Positions 27,221 through 37,142 of a stretch of 64,000 nt of DNA are shown piece after piece (position 1 is the stretch's first letter; every line of letters starts with the position of its first letter). Origin of the DNA: a virus; IMG/VR virus record IMGVR_UViG_3300043411_001314, positions 53,503 to 117,502 of that record; one strand, written 5' to 3'. The notes below the pieces were generated by a model that was not told the origin of the DNA, searched no databases, and worked only from the letters and a program-made list of their open reading frames with translations. Position numbers and translations under genes: made by a program.

Positions 27221-28044
27221 CAGTCAGTCCACCCTTCTGCCCAGGTGAGGGCGAGCGTCTTGTTGGTGCGGCACGCATCGAGCTGGTCGATGGTGCACTC
27301 GTCGGGTCGCTTGTCGGTGCGGATCTTCTTGACCACGGGCTGGTACAGCCGGTTGTCGTCGGTGGCGTAGAGGCACTGGACCTCGATCACGTCGCCGGGT
27401 TGGGCGATGGGCCCATCACCGACGGTGCGGCCGACCTCGAACTCGGTCAGCGACGGACCGTCGAACACGCCGACGATCATGTTCTGCTTCTCGACACCGA
27501 GCGAGATCACCACGCAGTCCACGGTGTGTTGGCGCTTCAGCTTGACCCAGTCTCGGGATCGCTTGCCCTCCTGGTACAGGGAGTCGCGACGCTTGGCCAC
27601 GATCCCTTCACCACCGAGTCGACGAACCCGCTCAGCCATGGCCAGCTTGTCGTCGGTGGTGCCGGCGGCGGCCACCAGGAGGATGTTGGGGCGGAGCTCG
27701 GGCGACCAGCGGTCGAACAGGCCGTCCAGGAACTTGCGTCGGTGGTCGTAGTCCATCTCGGGCAGGTCGGCGATCTGGATGATGTCGAACACCACCAGCG
27801 TCTCGCCGATCAGCTCGCCGTCGATGGTACAGGCCATGAGGCAGCAGGACAGCTGCTCGAGCACGGGCTTGGGGAGGTACGTCGGGTTGCCGTCTCGGCC
27901 GTAGGGCTTGATGGTGGGTGGGTCGCCGGCGGCGATGTCGATGATGACACGCCGGCCATCCATCTTCAGCTCGGTGACCCAGTTGTCGTCGTTGAACACG
28001 TCGGTTCGTGGTGTTGCCGGTGTGGCAAGCATCGGGGTAGTCAA
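27220..28044 (-). CDS. minimal ATP-dependent DNA ligase
   Basis: PMLA, ELKMDGRR, IDGELI, VFDI, EGIVAK, WVKLK, OB domain. Confidence 0.92.
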   Translation of the reverse strand: MTTPMLATPATPRTDVFNDDNWVTELKMDGRRVIIDIAAGDPPTIKPYGRDGNPTYLPKPVLEQLSCCLMACTIDGELIGETLVVFDIIQIADLPEMDYDHRRKFLDGLFDRWSPELRPNILLVAAAGTTDDKLAMAERVRRLGGEGIVAKRRDSLYQEGKRSRDWVKLKRQHTVDCVVISLGVEKQNMIVGVFDGPSLTEFEVGRTVGDGPIAQPGDVIEVQCLYATDDNRLYQPVVKKIRTDKRPDECTIDQLDACRTNKTLALTWAEGWTD

Positions 28045-28373
28045 GGGATCCTCCTTGGGGTCACTTGTGGATCATCCATGGGGCTCGTCACGTCATCCCA
28101 CAGCATCATCGCCAGCTCGGCCACCGCTTCGGAATCATCGTCGGAGTGGACGTGCTTCTTGCACCACTCGAACGCGTCGGGGCCCCCTTGTGGCACGAAG
28201 TCGACGGTGACACCCCGGGCCTCGGCCGCGGCAGTCAGCCGGGCCTCCCATTTGGCGACGATCGCCCACTTGGTGGTGTCGTCGTCGATCTCGCAGGCAT
28301 CCATCCACTCGGGGTCTTGCACCTCGTGTAGGTCGAATGCGACGTCGATGGTTGTGGTGTCCAGGTGGTTCAT
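28041..28373 (-). CDS. hypothetical protein
   Basis: Coupled ORF. Confidence 0.65.
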   Translation of the reverse strand: MNHLDTTTIDVAFDLHEVQDPEWMDACEIDDDTTKWAIVAKWEARLTAAAEARGVTVDFVPQGGPDAFEWCKKHVHSDDDSEAVAELAMMLWDDVTSPMDDPQVTPRRIP

Positions 28374-28879
28374 CAGAACTGCCGAGGATCGAGTGGTTCG
28401 CCGGCCAGGAAGGTGAGCGCCGAGTAGCCCTCGATCGCTTCACCCTCCGGGTCATCAGGCAGAGCCACCACGCTGATGTTGCGGTACCAGCCGTCGCAGT
28501 CGTCGAAGGCGACGTGGACGTCGTCGTTGATGCCCTCCATCAGCGAGCGCAGCACGCCCACCGTGAGGATGGGTCGGCCGTACTTGTCGTGGACCGCGAC
28601 CTCGTTGAGGTCCGGGTTGACGGCCCGGCTGGCTGTCTTCAGGGGGGAGGGTGCGGGGTTCATGGTTTCTCCTCGTTCCGGCTCCGGTTCGAAGTGGGGG
28701 TTGACTTTCAGGAAGTGGGGGTTGGGTTCGCCGTTCCACAGCGGCCGCCCGTCAGACTCGGGGCACCGTGGGTTTTGTTGCGACCCGGGGCACACCACCC
28801 GACAGGGCCGTGGGTAGTCGTGGGTGGGGATCAGCCCTGTCGTCGGCGTGAGCCATCCGCAATGCGGGCACATGTTCAT
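28373..28879 (-). CDS. hypothetical protein (possible internal start 28663)
   Basis: Coupled; N-terminal CxxC; internal GAGGAG RBS. Confidence 0.6.
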   Translation of the reverse strand: MNMCPHCGWLTPTTGLIPTHDYPRPCRVVCPGSQQNPRCPESDGRPLWNGEPNPHFLKVNPHFEPEPERGETMNPAPSPLKTASRAVNPDLNEVAVHDKYGRPILTVGVLRSLMEGINDDVHVAFDDCDGWYRNISVVALPDDPEGEAIEGYSALTFLAGEPLDPRQF

Positions 28880-29322
28880 CAGCTGAACTCTCTTGCAGTG
28901 AACGAGAATCCTTCGTCGGGGTCAGCCCAGGTGCACCCACGCGCCGGGCCACTGGAAACGTCATCCCGGTACCTGTTGTCGGATCGTCGCAGCATCCATT
29001 CGTGCATTCGCTCGACGCCCATCTCCCGGTCCTTGACGGCCTGGGCTTCGACGGCAGCGATGAAGTCCTCGACCTCCATCCACTTGCCGTACTCGTCGAC
29101 GACGGCGTGCCCCTCGGGCTGGGCCCGGAGATGTCTCTTCCACTCAGCCCACGAGGACGGGAAGACGGACCACCCAACGTGGCGCCAGGTGTTGCCATCG
29201 CGGACCGTGAGGGCCTTGGACGGGGCATGGAAGGACCGCAGCGACTTGCAGATGTGATCCCCCTGGTCGTAGCGGTTGCAGCAGTCGCACTGATTCGAAC
29301 CCATGTAGTAGTTGGTTCCCAT
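28879..29322 (-). CDS. hypothetical phage protein
   Basis: MGTNYY...VDEYG...EFS pattern. Confidence 0.75.
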   Translation of the reverse strand: MGTNYYMGSNQCDCCNRYDQGDHICKSLRSFHAPSKALTVRDGNTWRHVGWSVFPSSWAEWKRHLRAQPEGHAVVDEYGKWMEVEDFIAAVEAQAVKDREMGVERMHEWMLRRSDNRYRDDVSSGPARGCTWADPDEGFSFTAREFS

Positions 29323-29540
29323 CAGGCCCCCCGGTGGATGGCCACGAGGCCGAGGATCGAGTTGGCGAAACTCTCCAGGGAGTCGGTGGAGAGCGTCACG
29401 ATGCTGGTGATGCCGCGATCGGTGATGTAGACCTCCCAGTCCTCCTCGTCGGCGAGGGGACCGTTGACCACGATGGCGTCGGTTGGGACGATCTCGCAGT
29501 GCCTCACGAGGAGGGCGTTGCGTTCGGTCGGCTTAGGCAT
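29322..29540 (-). CDS. hypothetical protein
   Basis: AAGGAGG RBS, coupled. Confidence 0.7.
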   Translation of the reverse strand: MPKPTERNALLVRHCEIVPTDAIVVNGPLADEEDWEVYITDRGITSIVTLSTDSLESFANSILGLVAIHRGA

Positions 29541-29553
29541 TATGCCTCCTTGG

Positions 29554-30702
29554 TTATGCGGCGTGTCCGGCTACCCGGTTGCGCCCTTCCGGTGTGATCT
29601 GTCGACCCGTGCCGGTGAGGGCGATGAGCCGTCGTTCAACGAGCAGTCGTTCCGTCACCCGCACCTGGGCCGGAGCCATGTCGAGGATGGTGGCCAGTGC
29701 CTCCTTGCCGGCGGTGCCGCCCCGCTGAGAGGCGAGCAGGTCGAGGTAGCGGATGTGGTCGTCGGTGAGCCCGTCGGGCTGGATGTGACACAGTGACAGC
29801 ACCGCGGCACCGGTCACCTCTTCGCCGGCGTAGGCCAGGTCCCGGGCGGCCATCACGAGGGCCCGGGCTTGTCGGGGCACACCGGCGGATGCCTCAGCCA
29901 GGGTGACGGTGAGTTCGGCGGTCACATCCCCTTCCCGAAGGTCGGCCCGCTCGGCCATACCCCGGACGATCTGCACCATCTCGTGGCGGGTATAGGGCTG
30001 CCAGGCGGGTTTGCATTCGAACCTGGACAGCAACGGTCCGGTCAGTGCCGCCGGTTCGGTCGTGGCGGCGATGACAGTCAGGTTGGGGAAGTCGAGGGTC
30101 CAACGCCCCTGCAGCACGTGGGGCGGCTCGGTGAGGGACATCAGGTCGTGTTGGGCCCGCTTCGTGAAGAGGTGGACCTCGTCAAAAAAGACGACCCCCT
30201 CCCGGGCCATCCAAAGCTCGTCGATGAGGTCGTTCGTGTTGGCCGGCGGCTTCGTGAAGGTCACCAGCGGGCGGTCGAGCTCCTGGGCCACCAGGTTGGC
30301 CAGCGTCGTCTTGCCGGTACCGCCGGGCCCAACCAGGAGCACCGGGGGGACCGGGGCCCCGCGCTTGGCGGCGGAGATCGTGCGCACCCGGAGCTCCCGG
30401 AGAGCCGCCTGCTGCCCGATGAACCCGTCCCAGGTGAGGGAAGCGAGCCCGTGGGGGGTGGATGTGGCGGTGGGGGCCGGCCGGCTGTAGCGGTATGGCT
30501 CGGGGTCGGGGCCAGCCAACTCGTCGTGCCGGGCCATCATCTCTTCGGCGAGCTCGAAGGCCCCGCTCTTCAGCGCCCAAGTGATGAGCATGCTGTCCAT
30601 CGGGTCACCAGTGATGCGCTCGAGCTCAGTGAGGCGCACGTATGGGGTGTCTACCACGTAGTTGGTAGGTGTGTAGGGCGCTGGGGGGGCGTGATTGTTC
30701 AT
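29554..30702 (-). CDS. ruvB: RuvB-like Holliday junction AAA+ helicase
   Basis: FIGQ, GPGGTGKTTLA, FFDEVH, AATT, SRF, GVPR, C-terminal winged helix with TGRQIT. Confidence 0.85.
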   Translation of the reverse strand: MNNHAPPAPYTPTNYVVDTPYVRLTELERITGDPMDSMLITWALKSGAFELAEEMMARHDELAGPDPEPYRYSRPAPTATSTPHGLASLTWDGFIGQQAALRELRVRTISAAKRGAPVPPVLLVGPGGTGKTTLANLVAQELDRPLVTFTKPPANTNDLIDELWMAREGVVFFDEVHLFTKRAQHDLMSLTEPPHVLQGRWTLDFPNLTVIAATTEPAALTGPLLSRFECKPAWQPYTRHEMVQIVRGMAERADLREGDVTAELTVTLAEASAGVPRQARALVMAARDLAYAGEEVTGAAVLSLCHIQPDGLTDDHIRYLDLLASQRGGTAGKEALATILDMAPAQVRVTERLLVERRLIALTGTGRQITPEGRNRVAGHAA

Positions 30703-30812
30703 GGGCCGCTTTCCGGTATCTAGCAAGTTCAAGTCGTTACTGCGGTCCGCATGGCCGCCAGCATGCGCGGCCTAGCCCGGCCTGCGGACAGATCGGACCA
30801 GAGGCGGGCCCC

Positions 30813-31119
30813 GATCGGCGAGCCCCGCCTCGTGTTCGGCACGGCGCTCCCCGGCGACAAGGCCGGTGCGGTCGACGTGGTGACCGCGGCGCTCGACGCC
30901 GGCGCCATCTCGACGCTCACGGCGGTGCAACTGCTGATCGCGGCGGGGTTCCCGATCGTGGACGCCGCCGAGGAGGTGGCCCGGATCCGCTCGGAGCAGA
31001 CGGCGAAGGCCCGGGAGTTGGCCGACGCCACCGGGAGCGAAGCGCTCGCCGCCCAGTGGTTGGGGGTGGATCTGCCCGAGGTGGCCGCCACGCCGCCGAC
31101 CATCAACCTGGCGCCGTAG
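30813..31119 (+). pseudogene. fragment resembling the C-terminus of an actinobacterial prophage portal
   Basis: RLVFG..LP.D......AGAIS..TAV..L..AGFPI.DA.EE..RI; recognised from memory. Confidence 0.45.
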
Positions 31120-31197
31120 TCGCCGATTGCATCCCCGGGCGGGCGCCAGTCGTCGGGTACGGTCGGGGCATGGGAACACCCCGAAGGGAGGCCCGCC

Positions 31198-31503
31198 GTG
31201 GCCGTCCGCGTGCACATCAGCCCCGACGACATCCAGCGCATGTGGCGCACAGACCCCGACAAGGCGCGGGCGATGCGTGAGTGGATCGACGCCGCCGGGT
31301 GGGACGCCACCACCGTGCGGTCGTTGACGATCAGCCCCAACGGCGTCCTCGTTGAGCACATCTGCACGACGTGCGAGCACGCCAACGGCCAGCGCCACGG
31401 CGACCCCGAGCGCCCGAACATGGTGCACACCTACAAGGTGGTGCGCCAGGCGCCCCCCACGCCGCCGCCGTGGCTGCCTGACGCTGTGCTCACCCCGGCA
31501 TGA
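31198..31503 (+). CDS. hypothetical protein inside insertion
   Basis: GGGAGG RBS, intact 101 aa. Confidence 0.65.
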   Translation: MAVRVHISPDDIQRMWRTDPDKARAMREWIDAAGWDATTVRSLTISPNGVLVEHICTTCEHANGQRHGDPERPNMVHTYKVVRQAPPTPPPWLPDAVLTPA

Positions 31504-31558
31504 ACCCGGGCGCCGTGATCGTCGGCGTCGGCCGCTCCGGCACCGGCTACATAGCCGC

Positions 31559-31756
31559 AAGTACGACGCGATCGGCGTCGGCTGGGGCCTGGGGGCGGGC
31601 CTGCGGCGCACGTTCCCCGACGTCGACTTCGTGCCCGTGGTGGTGTCCGAGGCCGCACCGGGCGAGGACTCGGCGCGGTTCGCGAACCTGCGGTCGTGGA
31701 TCTGGTGGAAGGTCGGCCGCGAGCTCTCACAGGACCGGGCGTGGAACCTGGCCGGG
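31559..31756 (+). pseudogene. internal fragment resembling terminase large subunit nuclease domain
   Basis: YDAIGVGWG...FANLRSWIWW..GRE; no start codon. Confidence 0.55.
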
Positions 31757-31820
31757 CCCCCTCGGCCTCGGCGATTGGTTGGTGTCGACCAGGACGTAGC
31801 GGGTGATCTGCATGGTTCTC

Positions 31821-32066
31821 CTAACTGACCGGGAGATCGAGAGCCTCGACCCCGGCCTGGGTGATGGTGTACCTGTACTCAAGTCGTTGCCGGTCCCAGG
31901 CCGGCTCAAGGAGCCGGAGCTTGGCGAGGCGCTTGGCCACCCACCTGGACACCGATGGCGGCGATGCCAAGGTGACGTCACCGCCGTAGACCCCGACCCT
32001 GCCGACGTCTTCAGCGGCGACCAGGAGCACGGCCCGTTGGTAGGGGGTGAGGTGGGTCAGACCCAT
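31821..32066 (-). CDS. hypothetical winged-helix-like protein
   Basis: GGAGG RBS; YTITQAGVEAL wing motif. Confidence 0.6.
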   Translation of the reverse strand: MGLTHLTPYQRAVLLVAAEDVGRVGVYGGDVTLASPPSVSRWVAKRLAKLRLLEPAWDRQRLEYRYTITQAGVEALDLPVS

Positions 32067-33553
32067 ACCCCCTCCTTCTGCTTCATCACTTCGCCGAACA
32101 CGTCCTTCACGTCGGATCCGTCGGTGAGCTTGGACACGTCGGTCACGCTGTCGCACACCGAGGCAAGCGCCGGGGTGACGCCGTAGCCGATCGAGATGCC
32201 CCAGCACCGGAACCCGAGCCGCTGGCGGGCCTCAGCCCATGATGCGGCGAACTCGGAGGAGACCGGGGCGTCGCCGTCGGTGACGAACACGATGTCCCCA
32301 GTTGTCCGGCCGGTGGCCGCATGCTCTTCCTCCAGGGACTGCAGGCCAGTGGCGAGCGGCCCCTCGAACCAGGTGCCGCCATGGAAGACGAACTCGGCGA
32401 ACTCCAGCCGCTCCAACACCGTCGGCTCCGGGCCGAAGTCGAACACCCGCTCCTCACCCTTGGAGCCGAAGATGATGGCGGTGAAGCCCCGGTTTTGTCG
32501 GACCGCGACGTCGAGGAGCACCAGGCCGACGGCCCGGGCCCAGATCTCGGGATCCCCCATCATCGAGCCTGAGGAGTCTTCGATGTGGATGATCCGCCCC
32601 TTGGCCTCTCGGGCCCGGGACTGCATCTCGAAGGTGAGAAGCTGCTTGCGGGACCAGCGATCCAGGAAGTCGCCCTCGAGTTCAGGCACGGTGAGCGACA
32701 GCAGTTCGCTGCCGGTGAGGCGGTTGAGGTCGTCGGACAGGGTGATGTCGGCGATCTCGTCGGGCCCGTTGTCCCACCGGTTGGACTGGGCGGCCCACAT
32801 CTCGGAGCGGAGCCGGCCGAACATCTCGGTGATCTTCTTCATCCGGTCGGTGGACAGTCGCTGAGCCAGGGCGAGTCGCTCGCCGGCGGACATGCGAGAT
32901 GCCTCACCGGGCTCCAGACCCCACGCTGCAGCTGCAGCGGCAAGCTCCTCGATTTCGTCGGCGGCCTGGCCGGCGGCGGCTCGGGCAGCCTTGGCGATGG
33001 TGGGGCCGACCCGATCCAGTTCGTCGTCGGCGTTGCGGGCCGATCGCTGTGCCTCGGAGCGAAGATCCCGGAGCCCGGGCCGCTGATCCACGGCACCCTG
33101 GTCGGCGGGGTCGACGCCGGCCGCGGCGCAGGCGTCGGCGTACTCCTGAGCCTTCTCCTCGGCCTCGTCCTGCTTCTTCTGGGCCTCGGCGGATCGCTCC
33201 AGGATCTCCTTGAGGTGGTCGGCGATCTTGGTCACGGCGAGGCCGGCCAGGAACTGGTCGCCCACGGTGTACTGGCGGACGTCGGCCCAGGGTTGGGTGT
33301 CCATCAGCTCGCCCATGACCCTCCGGTTGACCCGGAACGGACGGTCGACGTCCTCGGCCTCGAGCACCTTCGGCGCCGCCTTGTGGAGCGATGTGAAGGT
33401 GTCGGACAGCAGGCGCCCCGCCGTCCACGACAGTTCCTTCAGGGACTCTTCGAGGTCGGGGATCTTGGACACGTCGGTCCGGGCCTTGTCGTAGTCCTGG
33501 ACGTCCCAGCGGTCTCGGACCACCACATGCTTCGACTGTTCGATGTCGTCCAT
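32057..33553 (-). CDS. VWA domain protein (ViaA/CoxE-like)
   Basis: MIDAS DSSGSM, GGTWF, FVTDG. Confidence 0.88.
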   Translation of the reverse strand: MDDIEQSKHVVVRDRWDVQDYDKARTDVSKIPDLEESLKELSWTAGRLLSDTFTSLHKAAPKVLEAEDVDRPFRVNRRVMGELMDTQPWADVRQYTVGDQFLAGLAVTKIADHLKEILERSAEAQKKQDEAEEKAQEYADACAAAGVDPADQGAVDQRPGLRDLRSEAQRSARNADDELDRVGPTIAKAARAAAGQAADEIEELAAAAAAWGLEPGEASRMSAGERLALAQRLSTDRMKKITEMFGRLRSEMWAAQSNRWDNGPDEIADITLSDDLNRLTGSELLSLTVPELEGDFLDRWSRKQLLTFEMQSRAREAKGRIIHIEDSSGSMMGDPEIWARAVGLVLLDVAVRQNRGFTAIIFGSKGEERVFDFGPEPTVLERLEFAEFVFHGGTWFEGPLATGLQSLEEEHAATGRTTGDIVFVTDGDAPVSSEFAASWAEARQRLGFRCWGISIGYGVTPALASVCDSVTDVSKLTDGSDVKDVFGEVMKQKEGVWV

Positions 33554-33750
33554 CAAGCCTCCATTCCGTAGTAGTATCGCCAAACCTTATGAGGCAACGC
33601 AAGCCTCCATGGCGCCGGCGGCGAGGTTGCGGATGTCGAGGAGCATGTCCACGTGCTCGTTGATGTCGACCAGGCTGCGGCCCGGGGGGATGGCGGCAAG
33701 GTGGACGTCCACCCGGTCCACCACGGCCAGGCAGGTCGTGCAGTCGTCAT
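33553..33750 (-). CDS. hypothetical protein
   Basis: Short ORF; true frame uncertain (alternative MPDDDC... ending 33587). Confidence 0.3.
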   Translation of the reverse strand: MTTARPAWPWWTGWTSTLPPSPRAAAWSTSTSTWTCSSTSATSPPAPWRLALPHKVWRYYYGMEA

Positions 33751-34646
33751 CAGGCATGGATGAGCTCCTTGGAATGTTGCGTCTGGGTGATACCAACCAA
33801 GTCCTCGGTCGGTTCGAAGAAGTCGAACGGGCGGACGAAGCCGCCGCGCTTGAGGGACTGGGCCCGGCCTTTCGGGTAGAGATGGACGATGACCCCCTCA
33901 CCGTCGTTGGGTCGGTTGTCGTCGAGGTCGCCGTCGACCACGGGATAGCCCTGCCAGGTCGTGGCGCACTCACCCTTGCGGCCGCCCTCGGAGCGGTCAG
34001 CGACCACAGCCACGTTGCGCCCCAGGTCGAGCCGGTCCGAGATGGCGACCGCTGTCGTGCGATGGGTGGCCGAGTAGGTGAGATGGTAGTTGGCCGGCAG
34101 GTCGAGCCGCCCCCAGTCCTTGGTGTAGTCGTAGACCTGGACGCCGGGGAACTCCTCGAACAGCCAGGGTAGTCCCTTCTCCCAGGGGATGTCGGAGAAG
34201 GTGTTCATCCGCACGGCGACAGGCCGGTCGTGGGCGATGCCGTAGCGCACGGCGTTGCGGAACTCGTTGCGAAGCAGGGCGGCGAACACCTCGGCGTACT
34301 CGGCGAGCAGCTTGGTGCGCACGACCCGGCCCAGGGTGACGCCGGGGTAGGCGCCCTTGCCGTTCTTGGCCACGCAGACCTTGATGCACTCCTTGGTGGC
34401 GTAGGTGCAGGCGTTCATCACGCCGCTGGTCCGATGCTGGGCGAGCGACAGCGTGTAGGTGATCGGTTCGTTCTTGGCCACCTTGGAGTTGTTCTCCTTG
34501 GCCATGAGGTTCGGCGTGGTGGGCGCGAACCCCTCTCGCTCCCGCAGGGCGGCCCAGGTCTCACGGGCGGCGTTCACGGGCGGCAGATCTTCGGGGTCCA
34601 GCCTCGAAAGGCGGGATACCACAGCGCTGGTCGTCAGCATGCTCAT
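33750..34646 (-). CDS. GP88-like (radical-SAM-like, Cys-cluster) phage protein
   Basis: C-x6-C-x3-C, RMNTFSDIPW, YDYTK, NYHLTYS, DGDLDDNR. Confidence 0.7.
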   Translation of the reverse strand: MSMLTTSAVVSRLSRLDPEDLPPVNAARETWAALREREGFAPTTPNLMAKENNSKVAKNEPITYTLSLAQHRTSGVMNACTYATKECIKVCVAKNGKGAYPGVTLGRVVRTKLLAEYAEVFAALLRNEFRNAVRYGIAHDRPVAVRMNTFSDIPWEKGLPWLFEEFPGVQVYDYTKDWGRLDLPANYHLTYSATHRTTAVAISDRLDLGRNVAVVADRSEGGRKGECATTWQGYPVVDGDLDDNRPNDGEGVIVHLYPKGRAQSLKRGGFVRPFDFFEPTEDLVGITQTQHSKELIHA

Positions 34647-34665
34647 CCCTTTCTTGGTGCGTGCG

Positions 34666-34702
34666 CGACACCGCCCGCCCCGGGTGAGGGCGGGCGGTGT
34701 CG
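34666..34702. terminator. 15-bp stem hairpin
   Basis: CGACACCGCCCGCCC...GGGCGGGCGGTGTCG, intergenic. Confidence 0.6.
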
Positions 34703-34723
34703 AGGTGGTCGTTTGATCGGTGG

Positions 34724-35149
34724 CTAGTAGTCATCCACCCCGTGCATGCCCCCAGTCTCCGACTTCCAATCCTCAGGCACGAGGCGCTCTTGGGTGGTCC
34801 GGGCGACCGCCTGTCGCGCCATCTCCTGGCGCACCCACTCCCGTCGGGCGTCGAACACCACCCGCCGGGCGTCGTTGCCGCGTCCCGACCAGGTGTCGTC
34901 CGGGCCCGAGGCGAGCAGGGCGTTGAGGGTCCCATCACCCACCACTCGCCGGGCCACGTCAGGCTCGAGCCCGGACTCCGTTGCCACGGCGACGGATGCC
35001 TCGATGGCCAGCACCGCCTCGGCGGCGAGTACTCCGTGCGTGGCGTCGGTTAGCTTGTGGGCCTCCCGGCCGGCGACGATGGCCCCCAGCGCCGCCCATG
35101 CGTCCTGCTTCGCCCGTGCTGCCGAGTCGTGGTAGGCGCTGTTGTTCAC
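34724..35149 (-). CDS. hypothetical protein
   Basis: GTG start; DDTWSGRGNDARR..FD motif. Confidence 0.65.
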   Translation of the reverse strand: MNNSAYHDSAARAKQDAWAALGAIVAGREAHKLTDATHGVLAAEAVLAIEASVAVATESGLEPDVARRVVGDGTLNALLASGPDDTWSGRGNDARRVVFDARREWVRQEMARQAVARTTQERLVPEDWKSETGGMHGVDDY

Positions 35150-35160
35150 GGGGAGCCTGC

Positions 35161-35466
35161 TCACTTCGCGACCTTCCGGCCGTTCCGGACCTTGGTGGTC
35201 TTGGGGCCGGTGATCTTGAGGTAGAGCGCCTTGTCGTCGGTGCGGGTGGCCATGTTGTACTCCGGGAGGTAGGACCGCCGGAGGGTTGTGGCCAACGAGT
35301 CGTTCTGCGTCTTCCGGCCAGCGTTCGGCACGATCACCCACTCGTCGGGGCCGGCGTTGCGGATGGCCTCGGCCAACTGGAGCCACTTCGTGGGCCCTCC
35401 AGTGCGGCCTCGGTGCCGCGTCTCCGGCGGGGTGGTGGTGGTCTTGTAGGTGATGGTCTTGCTCAT
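35161..35466 (-). CDS. hypothetical basic protein
   Basis: AAGGAG RBS, ATGA coupling. Confidence 0.7.
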   Translation of the reverse strand: MSKTITYKTTTTPPETRHRGRTGGPTKWLQLAEAIRNAGPDEWVIVPNAGRKTQNDSLATTLRRSYLPEYNMATRTDDKALYLKITGPKTTKVRNGRKVAK

Positions 35467-35777
35467 GTCCACTCTCCTTCACGGATGTGCTTGGTGATTG
35501 CTTCGAACTCGGGGGGGTTGTGGGCCGCGACGTACCGCAGGGCCCGCAGGTGGGTTTCGGATCCGGCGTAGGCACGCCTCACGACATGCAGCCAGACGTC
35601 GGTGTCGTCGTCCCAGTAGTGGACCTCGTCCACCTTCTGGATCTGCCAAGGCCCGTTCTCAGAGCCGGCCGAGTCGAACACGTTCCAGTGTTCTGACTCG
35701 GCGATGTCGGAGTCGACCAGCCGCCAGGCGGCGAACTCGGGGGTGGGCTCGGTCCCCCACACCAGCTCGCTCACCAT
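35463..35777 (-). CDS. hypothetical protein
   Basis: Overlapping start MVSELVW. Confidence 0.65.
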   Translation of the reverse strand: MVSELVWGTEPTPEFAAWRLVDSDIAESEHWNVFDSAGSENGPWQIQKVDEVHYWDDDTDVWLHVVRRAYAGSETHLRALRYVAAHNPPEFEAITKHIREGEWT

Positions 35778-35956
35778 GGCCCGGCCGACAGTCGCTGGAC
35801 GAGCTCGCAGTAGGAGTCGATGCGATCGAGGGCCTCCACCCGCTCCGCCCTGGACACGTCGTCGTTGACCTGCACGAGGGCGGCGTGATCTCGGTAGGCG
35901 CAAGCGTCGGTGAACATCTGGTCGAGGACCTTGCGGTCCAGCACTGAGAGGATCAT
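35771..35956 (-). CDS. hypothetical protein
   Basis: Coupled short ORF. Confidence 0.6.
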   Translation of the reverse strand: MILSVLDRKVLDQMFTDACAYRDHAALVQVNDDVSRAERVEALDRIDSYCELVQRLSAGPW

Positions 35957-36192
35957 GGGGGTCCTTCCTGGTAGTGGAGGTCCGTGGGTTCGTCGGAGCG
36001 GGCGTGCTCGGCGGCGAAGTGGGTGGAGTCGATGCCGTGGAGGTTGAGTAGTTCGACAACGGCGTCCGCCTCCTGGCAGGTAAAGCGGCCGGCCTCACAT
36101 GCCAGGGCGTCGGTGATCTCGGCGAGCAGGTGGCGGGTCGCGACCACCGTGGCATGCCACACGGCGCCGGCGACCTCGTCGCACACCCTCAC
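35953..36192 (-). CDS. hypothetical protein
   Basis: GTGA coupling; FTCQEADA...EHARSD. Confidence 0.6.
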   Translation of the reverse strand: MRVCDEVAGAVWHATVVATRHLLAEITDALACEAGRFTCQEADAVVELLNLHGIDSTHFAAEHARSDEPTDLHYQEGPP

Positions 36193-37142
36193 GCCGACCC
36201 CTCGGTACGCATCTTGAGCAGGCACGCCTGCACCTGCTGATCCAGGACGCTGAGCCGGTCGCCGGCGCCGGAGAGCTCCTCGCCGAGCAGGTCCTTGTAG
36301 GACGAGAGCCGGTCCCGGATCTGCTTGGACTGGGTGACGATGCGAGCCAGCTTCGACTCGGACACCGCCTCACCAGCCTTCAACATGGCGGCCAGGTCCT
36401 TCATCATCTCGTCGGCGGCCCGGGTCGATGCCGAGGACACGCCCTCGGACACCATCTGCACCTGGTCAGGGGTGTCGACCAAGGGCAGGGTGTGGAGCGA
36501 CACCTGCTCGAGGACCGAAGCGAACGCCGATGCCTTGTGCAGGGCGTCGTCGTTGGTGCGGGGCATGAAGTAGACGCCGCCGGTGGGGCGGACCAGCACG
36601 CCGTGGTTCTCCTCCAGGGCCCGCTTCAGCACGGTGCGCAGCGACTCGGAGCCGTGCATCCCGACAGCGATCCAGTGGGAGAACTTGCGCTGCATCTCGG
36701 CCACGGCGTCATCGGCCGGCGTGTCCGCCCAGGTGAGGCGGGTGGTGACGAACCGCTTCTCCTTGCGCCGGTACTCGAGGTCGAACACCTCGGCGTAGTC
36801 GAGGCGAGCGTCGTTCTCGTCGACGGTCTCGACCACCACCCGGCGCAGGATCCGCTCCTTGTCGGAGGCGACGTCACGGACCATGATCTTGGCCACAGTC
36901 CCGTCAGGCTGAGGGATGTTGGCCTCACCAGCCTTGGTGACCCGCCGGAAGATGTCGGTGTCGCCGGGCCGGCGGGGCGTGAACTCGGCCAGGCCGGCAG
37001 CGTCGAGCTCGTTCTTGATGGTGTCGTGGGGTACGGGGACGTCCCGCACCGAGTACCAGGCGATGCGCCCCAGGAAGGGGGTGTCGGCGTGGTCGGTGTT
37101 GTAGTCGTCGATGATCGACGTGTCGATGGTTGCAGCAGTCAT
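36189..37142 (-). CDS. DUF6744-like protein
   Basis: LGRIAWYSV...DIFRR...RPTGGVYFMP; lies between AAA+ and VWA genes. Confidence 0.6.
   Translation of the reverse strand: MTAATIDTSIIDDYNTDHADTPFLGRIAWYSVRDVPVPHDTIKNELDAAGLAEFTPRRPGDTDIFRRVTKAGEANIPQPDGTVAKIMVRDVASDKERILRRVVVETVDENDARLDYAEVFDLEYRRKEKRFVTTRLTWADTPADDAVAEMQRKFSHWIAVGMHGSESLRTVLKRALEENHGVLVRPTGGVYFMPRTNDDALHKASAFASVLEQVSLHTLPLVDTPDQVQMVSEGVSSASTRAADEMMKDLAAMLKAGEAVSESKLARIVTQSKQIRDRLSSYKDLLGEELSGAGDRLSVLDQQVQACLLKMRTEGSA

Larger units (their letters stand above)
30805..31760 (+). other. 948-bp opposite-strand insertion flanked by CGGGCCCC direct repeats
   Basis: Repeats at 30805-30812 and 31753-31760; only + strand coding island in a 42-kb minus-strand block. 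Confidence 0.7.

Noticed and set aside
30805-31760. Insertion sequence or transposon
   Set aside because: No transposase or terminal inverted repeats despite the 8-bp direct repeat
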